DNA of 64,000 bases from the NCBI GenBank assembly GCA_964648715.1, contig CAZYNM010000006.1:15355-79354 (forward strand), written 5' to 3'. A model generated the notes under the pieces. It did not search any database, was not told the origin of the DNA, and worked only from the letters and a program-made list of their open reading frames with translations. The stretch's first letter is position 1. Each line of letters starts with the position of its first letter. Of this stretch, positions 26,280 to 36,782 are shown in pieces. Source of the DNA: an uncultured Pseudomonadales bacterium. Lineage in GTDB: Bacteria > Patescibacteriota > Microgenomatia > UBA1400 > PJMF01. The translations under genes and the position numbers were made by a program.

Positions 26280-29200
26280 TCACTGTAATAAGTCCTGAAT
26301 TTCTGCTTCTAGGAGGGGCGTCCATGCCACGGTATACGGTAGGAGCATTCGTTGCGGTGTTGCCCCATTGGGGATGAGGATCACAATACTCTCGTCGCCG
26401 GGATTTGATTTGAGAAGTTTACCCAATTTTTCCAATGTTTCCTTACTGGCATGACGAGGGATAAATAGCTCACGATCTGCCGTGTGGACTCCCGGACCTT
26501 CTTCTAGATCGCTTGGGATAGTAATTTTTTCAATTATGAGCTGCATCTCTTCTTCACGTACATCAACTTTGGCTTTTACCAACACCACTGAATCATTTTT
26601 GAATAAAGCCCCAAACTCGCCATATCCTCGGGGGAATAGTACCACAGGGATACTGCCTGTTTGGTCTTCTAGGGTGCCAAAAGCCATGGTGCTGTTGCTC
26701 TTCTTGGTCTGCACAGTACGAATGTTGGACAGTACGCCACCAAATAAGAAGACTTGCTCGCGGTGAATATCTGCATCAAGTTCTTCAACTGTTTTGTTGG
26801 CACGTTTTGCTACTGCGTTTAGTGCGTGTGCCATGGGATGATCTGTGAGATACAAACCGAGTAGTTCTTTTTCAAATGAAAGCAGCTCTTGTTTGGGATA
26901 CTCTGCAATAAGGGGAAAAGTATCCTTGAGTTCCCGTGCTGTTGTTTCACCGCTAAAGAGTGAGTCTTGGCCTTCAGTATCCGATTCAAGTTTGCTAGCT
27001 GTTTGGCGAATGCTTTCTAGGTTTTCCAGCATACTAGAGCGCGTGCCAAATGCGTCCATCGCACCCACTTTGATAAGGGTTTCGATAGTGGTTTTGTTGG
27101 CTTTGCGACCATCAGTTTCTGCCAAGAATTGGGTAAGTGACTGAAAGGAACCCAAGCGTTGGCGTGTCTCAAGTATTGAAGTAATAGCAGCCTCTCCTAC
27201 ATGTTTGATAGCATTGAGGCCAAAGCGTACACTGAGGCCTTCAAGAGATTTATCTGATGGCTCTAAAGAAAAATCTTGATTTGATTTATTAATATTGGGC
27301 GGCAACACAATGATACCCATTTGTTTGCAGGTTTCTACTGCTTGCGCCACTTTCACGTCACGCGTTTGGGCTCCAGATCCAGATTCCACACTCATAAGTG
27401 CAGTCATGTACTCTACGGGATAGTTGGCTTTAAGATACGCTGTTTGATAAGAAATCATAGCGTAACTTGTGGCATGCGCTTTGTTAAAACCATAGTTGGC
27501 AAATGCTTCAATAAAGCCCCACACTTTCTCTGCCACTTCTTGGCGATAGCCTTTTTCCACTGACTGTTCGATGAATCGTTTCTTGTTTTCATCAAGTAGC
27601 TTCTTCTTTTTCTTTCCAATTGCGCGGCGCAGAATGTCTGCTTCACCCAAAGAATACCCAGCCATTACATTGGCAATCTGCAGAATCTGCTCTTGATACA
27701 CCATCACTCCATACGTTTCTTCCAATATGGGGCGTAATGATTCATCTGGGTACTGGATTTTGTCTGGACTGTGTTTACCTTCAATAAACTGAGGAATAAG
27801 GTCCATTGGACCTGGCCGGAACAGTGCCACCATAGCGGTGATGTCGGAGAACTGGTTGGGGCGTAAGGTGCGGGCAACGCGTCGCATACCTGCCGATTCA
27901 AGTTGAAAAACCCCAAAGGTCTCACCACTAGAAAGAAGGTCAAAGGTTTTCTTGTCATCAAGTGGAAGCTTATCAAGATTGAGCTGCACTTGTTTGGTTT
28001 GTTGCAGCAAATCTAAAGTGGTTTGAATAATAGATAGGTTACGCAAACCCAAAAAGTCAAACTTAAGTAAACCAATAGCATCATCTGATACGTTGCAGTC
28101 AAGAGCATACATGTCGTACTGAGTGATGGTCTTACCTGTTTTGGAATCACGCTGAATGGGGGTGTATTCAACAATTGGTTTCTCGGTAATAACCAGTGCA
28201 GCCGCGTGGACAGAGGAGTGGCGGACAACACCTTCTACCTGTGAAGCGAGATCGATGAGTTCTTTGTACTTGGGTTGCTTATAGTACTCTGCGAGATCTG
28301 TGACGGTCTCAAGCGCTTGTTTAAGGGAGGTCTTTTTGCCTGGATCATTGGGAATGAGTTTAGCAATTTTATCGGGGTCTTCGTATGGTAACCCCAACAC
28401 GCGACCAATGTCTCGAATAGAAACACGAGCTTCCATACGCCCAAAGGTAATTACGTGACCTACGTGGTCATCTCCATATTTTTGGGCGACATATTCGATG
28501 ACTTTTTCTCTGGTAGTGTCGGCAAAGTCAATATCGATATCAGGAGGAGTGGGACGTTGTGGATTAAGAAAACGTTCAAACGCAAGGCCATGAGCAATGG
28601 GATCCACCGTCGTAATGTTGAGTGCATAAGACACGAGTGACCCTGCAGCCGAGCCGCGACCTGGACCCACGCTTACTTTGTGTGTCTTAGCCCAGTTTAC
28701 AAAGTCTTGAGTAATAAGGAAGTATGCGGCATAGCCTTTTTGGATAATGACATCCATTTCATACTCAAGCCGCTCCTTGAGCGCAGGCGTAACCTCGAGG
28801 TATTTTTTGCGCAACCCTTCCCAACTCATTTTTTGGAACATGGACTCGGTAGTTTCACCTTGTGGGAGTGGAAAATGTGGAAAAGTAAGTTTACCTGTGG
28901 GAATTTCAATAAAACATGACTCAGCGATTTTTACGGTGTTTTCTATAGCTTCTGGATACTCATGGAAGAGTTCCTTCATTTCTTGGGTTGTGCGTAAGTA
29001 ATAGTCTGGTGAGTCCATCATTGTCATCCGATGGGTATCGCTCATGAGCTTGCGCGTTTGCACGCACAAGAGGGCATCTTGGGCGCGGGCGTTTTTTTGT
29101 TCTACATAGTGCACATCATTGGTGGCCACCAACGGCAGATTATGTTTACGTGCCAGCTTAACTTGTAGTTTAGTGAGTTCAGCAAGTTCTTCAACGGCTG

Positions 29201-29738
29201 GGTGGATTTGGAGTTCCACGTAGTATCTATCTTTGAACACTGCTTTGTACCTGAGCAGTTCTGCTTCAGCCTGTTCAAGTTTGCCATCTCTGAGGTACTT
29301 ATTGAACCAACTGTTCATACAGCCAGTGGTGGCAATAACTCCCTCACTATGTTCAGCCAACAGCTCGAAATCAATGCGTGGTTTGTAGGAAAATCCCTCC
29401 AGATTACCTGCAGAAACAAGAAACATAAGGTTCTGGTATCCGGCAAAATTTTGCGCCAGCAACGTGAGGTGTGCTTGGTCCCCGCCCATCTTGGTTTGTT
29501 TGTCAAAGCGGGATTTTTCGGCAATGTATGCCTCTACTCCAATGATTGGTTTAATTTCTTGTTTTCGGCATTCATTGTAAAAATGCAGTGCTCCATACAT
29601 GCCGCCGTGGTCGGTGAGCGCTAAAGCTGTCTGACCTAGCTCTTTGGCTTTGCTTACCAGAGGGCCCAACTTACACAGGCCATCGAGCATGGAATACTCA
29701 CTATGCACATGCAAGTGGACAAAATCGGCGTTTGACAT
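26280..29738 (-). CDS. dnaE: DNA polymerase III alpha subunit
   Basis: FVHLHVHSEYS (PHP), GPGRGSAAGS, PDIDIDF, FNKAHA. Confidence 0.97.
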   Translation of the reverse strand: MSNADFVHLHVHSEYSMLDGLCKLGPLVSKAKELGQTALALTDHGGMYGALHFYNECRKQEIKPIIGVEAYIAEKSRFDKQTKMGGDQAHLTLLAQNFAGYQNLMFLVSAGNLEGFSYKPRIDFELLAEHSEGVIATTGCMNSWFNKYLRDGKLEQAEAELLRYKAVFKDRYYVELQIHPAVEELAELTKLQVKLARKHNLPLVATNDVHYVEQKNARAQDALLCVQTRKLMSDTHRMTMMDSPDYYLRTTQEMKELFHEYPEAIENTVKIAESCFIEIPTGKLTFPHFPLPQGETTESMFQKMSWEGLRKKYLEVTPALKERLEYEMDVIIQKGYAAYFLITQDFVNWAKTHKVSVGPGRGSAAGSLVSYALNITTVDPIAHGLAFERFLNPQRPTPPDIDIDFADTTREKVIEYVAQKYGDDHVGHVITFGRMEARVSIRDIGRVLGLPYEDPDKIAKLIPNDPGKKTSLKQALETVTDLAEYYKQPKYKELIDLASQVEGVVRHSSVHAAALVITEKPIVEYTPIQRDSKTGKTITQYDMYALDCNVSDDAIGLLKFDFLGLRNLSIIQTTLDLLQQTKQVQLNLDKLPLDDKKTFDLLSSGETFGVFQLESAGMRRVARTLRPNQFSDITAMVALFRPGPMDLIPQFIEGKHSPDKIQYPDESLRPILEETYGVMVYQEQILQIANVMAGYSLGEADILRRAIGKKKKKLLDENKKRFIEQSVEKGYRQEVAEKVWGFIEAFANYGFNKAHATSYAMISYQTAYLKANYPVEYMTALMSVESGSGAQTRDVKVAQAVETCKQMGIIVLPPNINKSNQDFSLEPSDKSLEGLSVRFGLNAIKHVGEAAITSILETRQRLGSFQSLTQFLAETDGRKANKTTIETLIKVGAMDAFGTRSSMLENLESIRQTASKLESDTEGQDSLFSGETTARELKDTFPLIAEYPKQELLSFEKELLGLYLTDHPMAHALNAVAKRANKTVEELDADIHREQVFLFGGVLSNIRTVQTKKSNSTMAFGTLEDQTGSIPVVLFPRGYGEFGALFKNDSVVLVKAKVDVREEEMQLIIEKITIPSDLEEGPGVHTADRELFIPRHASKETLEKLGKLLKSNPGDESIVILIPNGATPQRMLLPYTVAWTPLLEAEIQDLLQ

Positions 29739-29750
29739 CTGGGAACTATC

Positions 29751-31088
29751 CTACCGTGTGGCAAGCACTTTGCCAATGGCATCTCTGAGAGTTGTTTGAT
29801 CTGGCTTTGCTCCCGAAAGTGCGCGCATGGTTTGGCCAATGATAAAGCCCATCACTTGTACCTGACCAGCCTTATACTTGGCTACTACATCAGGATTGGC
29901 ATCAAGAACTGTGATAATTGCTTTTTCTAGGGTATCAGAACTAACCATGTCTGTGTGTTGAGTGTCAGCAAATGCTTTTAGAACTGTCTCTATTGGCAGT
30001 GAAACATCAAAAGGAATGCGCTTGTTGTGGATGCTACTGGCCACTTTGTTTACATCAACTTTGGCTTTTGCCGCCTCTGCAAATACTTGTTCAAGTATAT
30101 CTGCCTCTGCTTTTTCTGCAGCCAATGGTTCAGCAAAGCGCCCTTCGATGCCGTAGCTTGTGTGCCAACGTGCTGCACGAGCATCAGGCAGTTCTGGCAG
30201 CTCAGAACGCCAGGCTTCTATTTGTTCAGCCGAGAATGCCAATGGAGGAATGTCTGGGTCTGGGAAGTAACGATAATCTGCGGCATCTTCTTTCGTGCGC
30301 TGAGAGAATGTTTCTCCCTTGGTGGCATTGAATCCTCGCGTTTCTTGCGGGATTATTTGAGCGGAATCCAAGAGCTCCGCTTGGCGTTTAATCTCAAATT
30401 CAATTCCTTGTTCAAGATAGCGGAATGAGTTGATGTTCTTGAGCTCTACTTTATATGCTGGGTATCCTGTTGTACCCTGCTCTCTAAGTGAGATGTTTGC
30501 TTCCAGACGCATCCCGCCCTGCTCCATGTCACATTCAGCAATGCCCAGCGTGCGGATAATTTGTCTTAACTTTTTGGTATATTCCTTAGCCTGTGCTGCA
30601 GAAATGATGTCTGGCTCGGTGACAATTTCAATGAGCGGCACACTGCTTCTATTGAAATCTATCAAGGAAACCTTGTGACCATCTATTGTTTTGTGCAGGA
30701 GTTTCCCTGTATCCTCTTCAAGATGAATGCGACGAATACGCACCACACCCTGGGAGGTAGTGATACTACCATCGTAGCAAAACGGCAAATCATACTGACT
30801 AATCTGGTAGCCTTTGGGGAGATCAGGATAGAAATAGTGCTTGCGATCAAATTTAGAAAAAAGATTGATTTTACAGCCTAGGGCCAATCCAAGTTTTATT
30901 GTCCACTCAATGGCTGTTTTATTAGCTACTGGTAGTGCTCCAGGCATGCCCAAACACACAGGACAGGTGTAACAGTTGGGGTGTGGTGCATGAAATGGAT
31001 CATTTTTACAACTACAAAACATTTTGCTTTGTGTTGCAAGTTCGGCATGAACTTCCATGCCACAGACGAGCTCGTAGTTCTTATGCAT
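29751..31088 (-). CDS. gatB: Asp/Glu-tRNA amidotransferase subunit B
   Basis: GMEVHAEL, YPDLPKGYQISQ, HLEEDTGK, YRYFPDPD; ATG 31088 overlaps the gatA end. Confidence 0.96.
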   Translation of the reverse strand: MHKNYELVCGMEVHAELATQSKMFCSCKNDPFHAPHPNCYTCPVCLGMPGALPVANKTAIEWTIKLGLALGCKINLFSKFDRKHYFYPDLPKGYQISQYDLPFCYDGSITTSQGVVRIRRIHLEEDTGKLLHKTIDGHKVSLIDFNRSSVPLIEIVTEPDIISAAQAKEYTKKLRQIIRTLGIAECDMEQGGMRLEANISLREQGTTGYPAYKVELKNINSFRYLEQGIEFEIKRQAELLDSAQIIPQETRGFNATKGETFSQRTKEDAADYRYFPDPDIPPLAFSAEQIEAWRSELPELPDARAARWHTSYGIEGRFAEPLAAEKAEADILEQVFAEAAKAKVDVNKVASSIHNKRIPFDVSLPIETVLKAFADTQHTDMVSSDTLEKAIITVLDANPDVVAKYKAGQVQVMGFIIGQTMRALSGAKPDQTTLRDAIGKVLATR

Positions 31089-32457
31089 GTGTCCTCCAGG
31101 TATTCCAGGGCGTTGCACGTTCATATGCATCTGCAACTTGAATGATGACGTCTTCACGGAAAAACGGTGCCATGATGTTGAGTCCCAAAAATAGATTGGT
31201 GTGCTCATCTCGATAACAAGGCACAGAAATACCCGGTAAACCCGTAATAGAACTTGGCTCTACCAGCATGTCCTCTAGTTCACCAAACATAGCGGCACCT
31301 TCTGTTGCACCAAGCTTTTTGGCAAATGAGGGAGATGTTGCACTAATTAAACAATCATACCTTTCAAACAATCGTGAGAAGTCCTCACGGTAGAGTGTGC
31401 GTACCTTTTGAGCAGTAGTATAGTAGGCATCTGCATAACCCTTAGACAATGTGAAAGTACCCAGCATAATGCGTCGACGTGCTTCATCACCAAACTGAGA
31501 ACGATCTGCTCCATAGCGAATTCCGTCAAATCGTGCAAGATTACTAGAAACTTCTCCACGCTGTATGATGGTGTATACGCTGATAGCATAGTGTGGGTCT
31601 AATGCTTTCACGTTTTCCACGTGAGCACCTAGGTCGCTGAGCACTTGAGCTGCAGTAGCAATCTTGGCTGCTGTGTCTTCCATACCTTCTAAGTCGTTAT
31701 ACAAAATCCCAATCTTGAGACCTGCAATACTTTTCCCCAGTGTGGCGGTGTAGTCAGGTACAGGAGCTGACGAGGTTGTTCCATCCAATGGGTCATGTCC
31801 AGCCAGATGATTGAGCAGAACTGCAGCATCTTCCACTGTCTTGGTGATTGGTCCAGGTGAATCTGTTGAGGATGCCATAGCGATGATACCGTTTCGGCTG
31901 ACTCGTCCATAGGTTGGTTTGAGTCCGACAGTTCCACACCAAGCAGCTGGTTGACGAATTGATCCAGCAGTTTCTGTACCAATTGCAGCAATGCAGGTAT
32001 CTGCCGCAATAGCAGCTGCACTTCCTCCCGATGAACCTCCCGGTAGATATTCACTGTTACGAGGATTGAGTGTACGTCCATATTGAGATGTCTCAGTAGA
32101 AGAGCCATGTGCCCAAGCATCCATATTTGTTTTCCCGATACAACTGCCACCAGCATGGCGAATTTTCTTTATAATTGTCGCATCATATGCGGGAACAAAG
32201 GTATCAAGTACTGTGGATGCTGCTGTCGTGCGTGTTCCTTGAGTACACACGTTGTCTTTGATGGCAAGTGGTGCACCGGCTAGCGGTGTGTCTTGATTTA
32301 CCTGTACATTACTGTCTGTGCGAGTAAGGTAGATGTTACACTCTTTTGTTTGTTCATGTGTTTCTTCAAGTGCAGTAACAACTTCATCACGGCTAAAGGT
32401 CTTTGTGCTAATACCGTCTATATATTGCTTGAGGGTGAGGTGAGCGAGACTACTCAT
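31081..32457 (-). CDS. gatA: Asp/Glu-tRNA amidotransferase subunit A
   Basis: AIKDN, PGGSSGGSAAA, GSIRQPA, GLKPTYGRVSR. Confidence 0.96.
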   Translation of the reverse strand: MSSLAHLTLKQYIDGISTKTFSRDEVVTALEETHEQTKECNIYLTRTDSNVQVNQDTPLAGAPLAIKDNVCTQGTRTTAASTVLDTFVPAYDATIIKKIRHAGGSCIGKTNMDAWAHGSSTETSQYGRTLNPRNSEYLPGGSSGGSAAAIAADTCIAAIGTETAGSIRQPAAWCGTVGLKPTYGRVSRNGIIAMASSTDSPGPITKTVEDAAVLLNHLAGHDPLDGTTSSAPVPDYTATLGKSIAGLKIGILYNDLEGMEDTAAKIATAAQVLSDLGAHVENVKALDPHYAISVYTIIQRGEVSSNLARFDGIRYGADRSQFGDEARRRIMLGTFTLSKGYADAYYTTAQKVRTLYREDFSRLFERYDCLISATSPSFAKKLGATEGAAMFGELEDMLVEPSSITGLPGISVPCYRDEHTNLFLGLNIMAPFFREDVIIQVADAYERATPWNTWRTHA

Positions 32458-32758
32458 TATCAAGTACCCTTTCTACAACAAAATAGCCTTGATGTGTATG
32501 CTGTGCATTGGCAAGAGCTTGTTCTTGTGAAAATGAATAACCCTGTGGTGCACTGTCCTCACGCAAAATATTAGTAAGGCCAGTTACCTGATGCGTTGGC
32601 TCAACTTTTGAGATATCAAGTTCTTTGAGGTTTTCGATGACAGCTAACGTGTCTTCAAAAGCTGATTGTAGCTTTTGAACTTGGCTTTCTTGAAGAGGCA
32701 GTGCAGCCAAGGTAGCAACTTTCTCTACTAGGGTTGTGGTAAATGTATGCTGTTTCAT
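32450..32758 (-). CDS. gatC: Asp/Glu-tRNA amidotransferase subunit C
   Basis: VATLAAL, LKELD...VEPT, LRED, GYFVV; start ATG 32758. Confidence 0.9.
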   Translation of the reverse strand: MKQHTFTTTLVEKVATLAALPLQESQVQKLQSAFEDTLAVIENLKELDISKVEPTHQVTGLTNILREDSAPQGYSFSQEQALANAQHTHQGYFVVERVLDNE

Positions 32759-33672
32759 ACGTTTCTTGCTATTCCTCTTAATGCTGCAATACGTTCTGCG
32801 ATGGGCGGATGTGTGGCAAACAGCCCTGCAAACCAACCGATGGTATCATGACGGTTCTTGAGGGGATTTGCAATATACAGGTGAGCAGTAGCTTTGTTGG
32901 CAGCTTCAAGTGGCTCGCGGTCGCTACTTATTTTTTCTAAGGCGCGTGCCAATCCTTCTGGATTTTTGGTCATCGCCACACCAGTTGCATCGGCCAGAAA
33001 TTCACGACGTCGTGAAACAGCGAGCTGTATAAGCTGGGCAACTATTGGCGACACGAGTGCTAAGATCAATCCTACAACAAACAGCAATGCTCTTATTTGA
33101 TCTGGCCCTCGATCATCATCTCGAGAATTGCGCCCAAACGCGCTCATACGCAACACCCAGTCTGCAAGGAGTGCAATCATGCCAACTAAGACGGTCACAA
33201 TGGACATCAGACGAATATCGTAATTTTTAACATGTGCTAATTCGTGGGCCACTACACCTTCAAGTTCATGCCGTGAAAGGCGTGAAATGATACCCGTGGT
33301 AGCAACGACTGCAGCATGCTGTGGGTCCCGACCTGTGGCAAAAGCGTTGAGTGCGGTGTCATCGATCACATAGAGTTTGGGAACAGGAAGCTGCTGGCTG
33401 GTAGCCAAGTTCTCTGCAACAGTGTAGAAGTCAAAAAATTCTTCTCGGGTAGCTGGACGAGCATTTGAAACAGACAAAATAATTTTGTCAGACCACCAGT
33501 AGGAAGCAAATGACATCACAACCGAACCAATAAGTGCCATTGTCACTACATCTGGCCCGTAGCCAAAGCTATACACCATGATTGTTGAAGCAGTGGCAAT
33601 GAAAAGGACAAACCCACTCACAACGAGCCAGGATTTCCAGATGTTACTCGAAACCAACTGATAGTGTGTCAT
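32755..33672 (-). CDS. htpX: M48 zinc metalloprotease HtpX
   Basis: NAFATGRDP, HELAH, SRRREFLAD, THPP. Confidence 0.93.
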   Translation of the reverse strand: MTHYQLVSSNIWKSWLVVSGFVLFIATASTIMVYSFGYGPDVVTMALIGSVVMSFASYWWSDKIILSVSNARPATREEFFDFYTVAENLATSQQLPVPKLYVIDDTALNAFATGRDPQHAAVVATTGIISRLSRHELEGVVAHELAHVKNYDIRLMSIVTVLVGMIALLADWVLRMSAFGRNSRDDDRGPDQIRALLFVVGLILALVSPIVAQLIQLAVSRRREFLADATGVAMTKNPEGLARALEKISSDREPLEAANKATAHLYIANPLKNRHDTIGWFAGLFATHPPIAERIAALRGIARNV

Positions 33673-33678
33673 GCTAGG

Positions 33679-34269
33679 TTACAGATTTACTTTAACATCT
33701 TTCATCTCATCTTCTGAGACAGAAAGATGTGTTCCTGCAGCTGGCAGTGTTAAACCAGTTTCTTTAGTAAAGCCAAAGAGGCCAGCAATGATATTAGACG
33801 GGAAAACGACGAGTTTTTCATTGTAGCTTTGGGTCAAATCAATGACAGTGCGACGTGCATACATTAACTTGTCGGCAGTATCGGATAATTCTGACATGAA
33901 TTTTGTGACAGTTGCATCACCTTTGATCTCTGGGTTATCTTCAACTGCAACAGCAATTTTAGGAATAACTGACTGAATTCTATTGATAGCCTCATCGATA
34001 TCATGCACGTTTCCTGATTCAGCAGCTTGTGTTGCAGATGTTCGTGCTGCGGTCAGCATTTTAAAGATATCTTTTTCATGTTTGAGGTATCCTTTAACGG
34101 ATGACTCCAGATTGGGAATAAGGGAAGCTTGACGCTTGAGTTGATTGCCAATTTCTTGAATTGCTGCACTGATCTGAGTCTTAAGACGCTGTAAAAAGTT
34201 ATAAACACCAACCACATACATACCTATGGCAAAGATGATCCCGAGAGTTACAAGAAGCATAATGGGCAT
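33679..34269 (-). CDS. lemA: LemA family protein
   Basis: N-terminal TM, QLKRQASLIPNL, YNEKLVVFPSNIIA; adjacent to htpX. Confidence 0.9.
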   Translation of the reverse strand: MPIMLLVTLGIIFAIGMYVVGVYNFLQRLKTQISAAIQEIGNQLKRQASLIPNLESSVKGYLKHEKDIFKMLTAARTSATQAAESGNVHDIDEAINRIQSVIPKIAVAVEDNPEIKGDATVTKFMSELSDTADKLMYARRTVIDLTQSYNEKLVVFPSNIIAGLFGFTKETGLTLPAAGTHLSVSEDEMKDVKVNL

Positions 34270-34462
34270 AGGTTCCTTTCGTTCTGGTGTGAGAATATGC
34301 CTAGTATACACTATATCTTTCTTATGTCACCTAAGAACGTTTGTATCTATGATTTTCACATTTTTCACATGTCCTATAGCAATATGTTTCTTCAATAAGT
34401 GCTCATGTATTACAGGACTTTATTGGCATTTTTGTACAGGAGTTGGCTAGAGATTCTTGGGC

Positions 34463-34491
34463 TTGGCAAAGCAGAGTGGGCTTTGTATAAT
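34463..34491 (+). promoter_or_regulatory. Sigma70 promoter for tRNA-Asp
   Basis: TTGGCA-N17-TATAAT. Confidence 0.6.
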
Positions 34492-34515
34492 CTATCCGCA
34501 CATTTGAAGTGCAAT

Positions 34516-34591
34516 GGCCTCGTGGTGTAGTGGTTAACATGCTTCCCTGTCACGGAAGAGATCGCCGGTTCGACTCCGGTCGAGGTCGCCA
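34516..34591 (+). tRNA. tRNA-Asp(GTC)
   Basis: GGCCTCG...CTTCC-CTGTCAC-GGAAG...GGTTCGACTCC...CGAGGTCGCCA. Confidence 0.95.
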
Positions 34592-34651
34592 AAAGTGCAG
34601 TGAGTTTTTTGCACACCTTTACGTTGGTTAGCTTGCCCCCTACACAATACA

Positions 34652-35362
34652 GTGAATATGGAAAAAGACAGACTTATTGCCGTTCTCACCTTCTTTTACT
34701 TAGCGCGAGTTACCTTGCTTTGGCTGTTTGTTGGGCTTGTGCTTGTTGGCAGTGGTATGTGGTTGGTGCATGGTGAATGGTGGTCTTCTCGATCACAGAT
34801 TACCGACCAGGCTGCATCCACAGAAGTTGCACGTCAATCAGGTGAACTTATCCAACCTGTCCATGAAATACCCGTAGTCAATACTCCTCTCCCAACACTG
34901 TCAACTCCTGTACTCTCTCCACAGGCTGCTGATTTAGCGGGAAAGCGTACGGTGATCGTACATGCTGGAGATAGTCTGTGGGCAATTGCAGAACGAGAGT
35001 ATGGAGATGGAAGTAAGTATACGGCACTCGCACACCTAAACGGTATTGATAATCCACGTCAATTAACAATTGGAAGAGAACTGCAGTTGCCAGAAAAGGT
35101 TGGTACAACTACTCCTGAGAGTGGCAGAAATCTTTCTTCAGAGTTTGAAAATAACTCTATAATCCATACAAATCACACAGTTCAACCTGGGGAGTGTTTG
35201 TGGACCATTGCCCAGGAACAGCTAGGTGATCCGTATCGTTGGCAAGAAATATATGAAGTCAATAGGTTTCTGATTGGCACAGATCCGAATGTAATTTATC
35301 CTACTACCATACTTGTATTACCACAGCCTCAGTCTGCTACAATGCAAGAAGTGCGGAAATAG
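34652..35362 (+). CDS. Membrane-anchored protein with two LysM domains
   Basis: VHAGDSLWAIA...NGIDNP and TVQPGECLWTIA...PNVIYP. Confidence 0.9.
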   Translation: MNMEKDRLIAVLTFFYLARVTLLWLFVGLVLVGSGMWLVHGEWWSSRSQITDQAASTEVARQSGELIQPVHEIPVVNTPLPTLSTPVLSPQAADLAGKRTVIVHAGDSLWAIAEREYGDGSKYTALAHLNGIDNPRQLTIGRELQLPEKVGTTTPESGRNLSSEFENNSIIHTNHTVQPGECLWTIAQEQLGDPYRWQEIYEVNRFLIGTDPNVIYPTTILVLPQPQSATMQEVRK

Positions 35363-35425
35363 CTCAGTTGGTAGAGCGTCTGCTTCCCAAGCAGAAGGTC
35401 GCGGGTTCGAGCCCCGTTTTCCGCT
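35353..35425 (+). tRNA. tRNA-Gly(CCC), no encoded CCA
   Basis: GCGGAAA...TCTGC-TTCCCAA-GCAGA...GGTTCGAGCCC...TTTCCGCT. Confidence 0.93.
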
Positions 35426-35574
35426 CAGCAGAGTAAATGGTGTCGTACTTTCACCTACACAGATTGGGTGCAGGAAAAATTAAAGCGGGATTGTAACGAA
35501 AAGATATTCTTTAACGAAATAAAACAAGAAGTTACAAGCCGTTATGAGATGTTTTTGGATGTGTCTGGCCGCAC

Positions 35575-35934
35575 CTAGAAACCCTGTAGTTGGTTTTGGT
35601 CACCGCTGGAAACGTCTTGGAACCAGTCTTGAGTACTCAAAAAATCAGTGTGTAGTACCCGCAGTTGTTCTGGTGTAAGGGCTGTTTTTATCAGTCCAAA
35701 TACTGTAACAGTCAAGGGAAGTTTGACCGTAGCAAATACCTCGGGGCGTGTCTTCATGAATAGCTCAATAAGTGTTGCCTTTTGTTGATACGCATCCATA
35801 AGAAAAATGTGTTTCTCTCCTCTATCCATGCTGGTAGGTGTATCTACCGGAATTACTTGGATAAGCACACCTACTGGAGTCATGGCTTCTTGCATTGCTT
35901 CCCAAGCAGCCATTTCGCTTTCTGGATATTTCAT
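35575..35934 (-). CDS. Hypothetical protein
   Basis: 119-aa ORF with TATACT 8 nt upstream of the ATG. Confidence 0.6.
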   Translation of the reverse strand: MKYPESEMAAWEAMQEAMTPVGVLIQVIPVDTPTSMDRGEKHIFLMDAYQQKATLIELFMKTRPEVFATVKLPLTVTVFGLIKTALTPEQLRVLHTDFLSTQDWFQDVSSGDQNQLQGF

Positions 35935-35958
35935 ATGTAGGTAGTATACTCCCTCTCT

Positions 35959-36627
35959 TCAACTCGTGTGAAGTTTAAGCTGCGCAAGCTCAAGCATCAG
36001 TCTTTGTATGATGCGCGCAGTATACGTACTACCCACAGTGCCAAGTACAAGATCAAGGTAGATACTGTATTCTTGTTCAATAGGTAGCTGTGGTTGTACT
36101 ACTTGCGGGATGATTCCCCACTGACTCCAGCGAAAACGTGAAGTGTCTGCTTTGTCTATATCGTAGAAAGTATCAACAACTGACCTGTTGGCATACCTCT
36201 TTTCTCTCCCTAAGCTATGTTGTGCTATTGCATCAAGCGCTTTGGTAAGGATAGGTGGACGTACATAGAGGTGCAGGAGTCGTTCCGTTTCCACAGCAGA
36301 GGCGTATGCAGGTGAACTCTCGTCGTAGCGAATCACATCATGAAAAAGTGCTGCTAGAGAGAGTGCGGCATACGTCTCAACATCACTGCCTTTTGTATGT
36401 GCAAGATTATTGAGATGAAATACTACAGCTTGGATATGTGGCCAACCATGATCACGGTCTCCTGCAGGATAGAGTGGCTCTATTACTTTGGTGAGTGCAT
36501 GTATGCCCGGCGCTGTTTCAAGATCTGGTTTTGTATGAGCAAGCCAGTACCCTACTCTTTCAAGACCAAGCTGTGGTACGTGAGTACAATCTGGAGCACT
36601 CAGGTATTCTGAAAGCTTCTCACACAT
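35959..36627 (-). CDS. HD-domain phosphohydrolase
   Basis: DHGWPHI...AALFHDV...AIAQH...YDIDKAD. Confidence 0.75.
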   Translation of the reverse strand: MCEKLSEYLSAPDCTHVPQLGLERVGYWLAHTKPDLETAPGIHALTKVIEPLYPAGDRDHGWPHIQAVVFHLNNLAHTKGSDVETYAALSLAALFHDVIRYDESSPAYASAVETERLLHLYVRPPILTKALDAIAQHSLGREKRYANRSVVDTFYDIDKADTSRFRWSQWGIIPQVVQPQLPIEQEYSIYLDLVLGTVGSTYTARIIQRLMLELAQLKLHTS

Positions 36628-36680
36628 AGGTGCGTACTATACCTCAGGAAACATATTTTGTATAATCAGGACGTTATCAA

Positions 36681-36756
36681 GCCGAGATAGCTCAGCTGGT
36701 AGAGCAGCGGTATCGTAAACCGCAGGTCAGGGGTTCGAATCCCCTTCTCGGCTCCA
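36681..36756 (+). tRNA. tRNA-Thr(CGT)
   Basis: GCCGAGA...GCGGT-ATCGTAA-ACCGC...GGTTCGAATCC...TCTCGGCTCCA; TATAAT at 36661. Confidence 0.95.
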
Positions 36757-36782
36757 GAGGGAAAAAGAAAAGTAGCTGGGGT

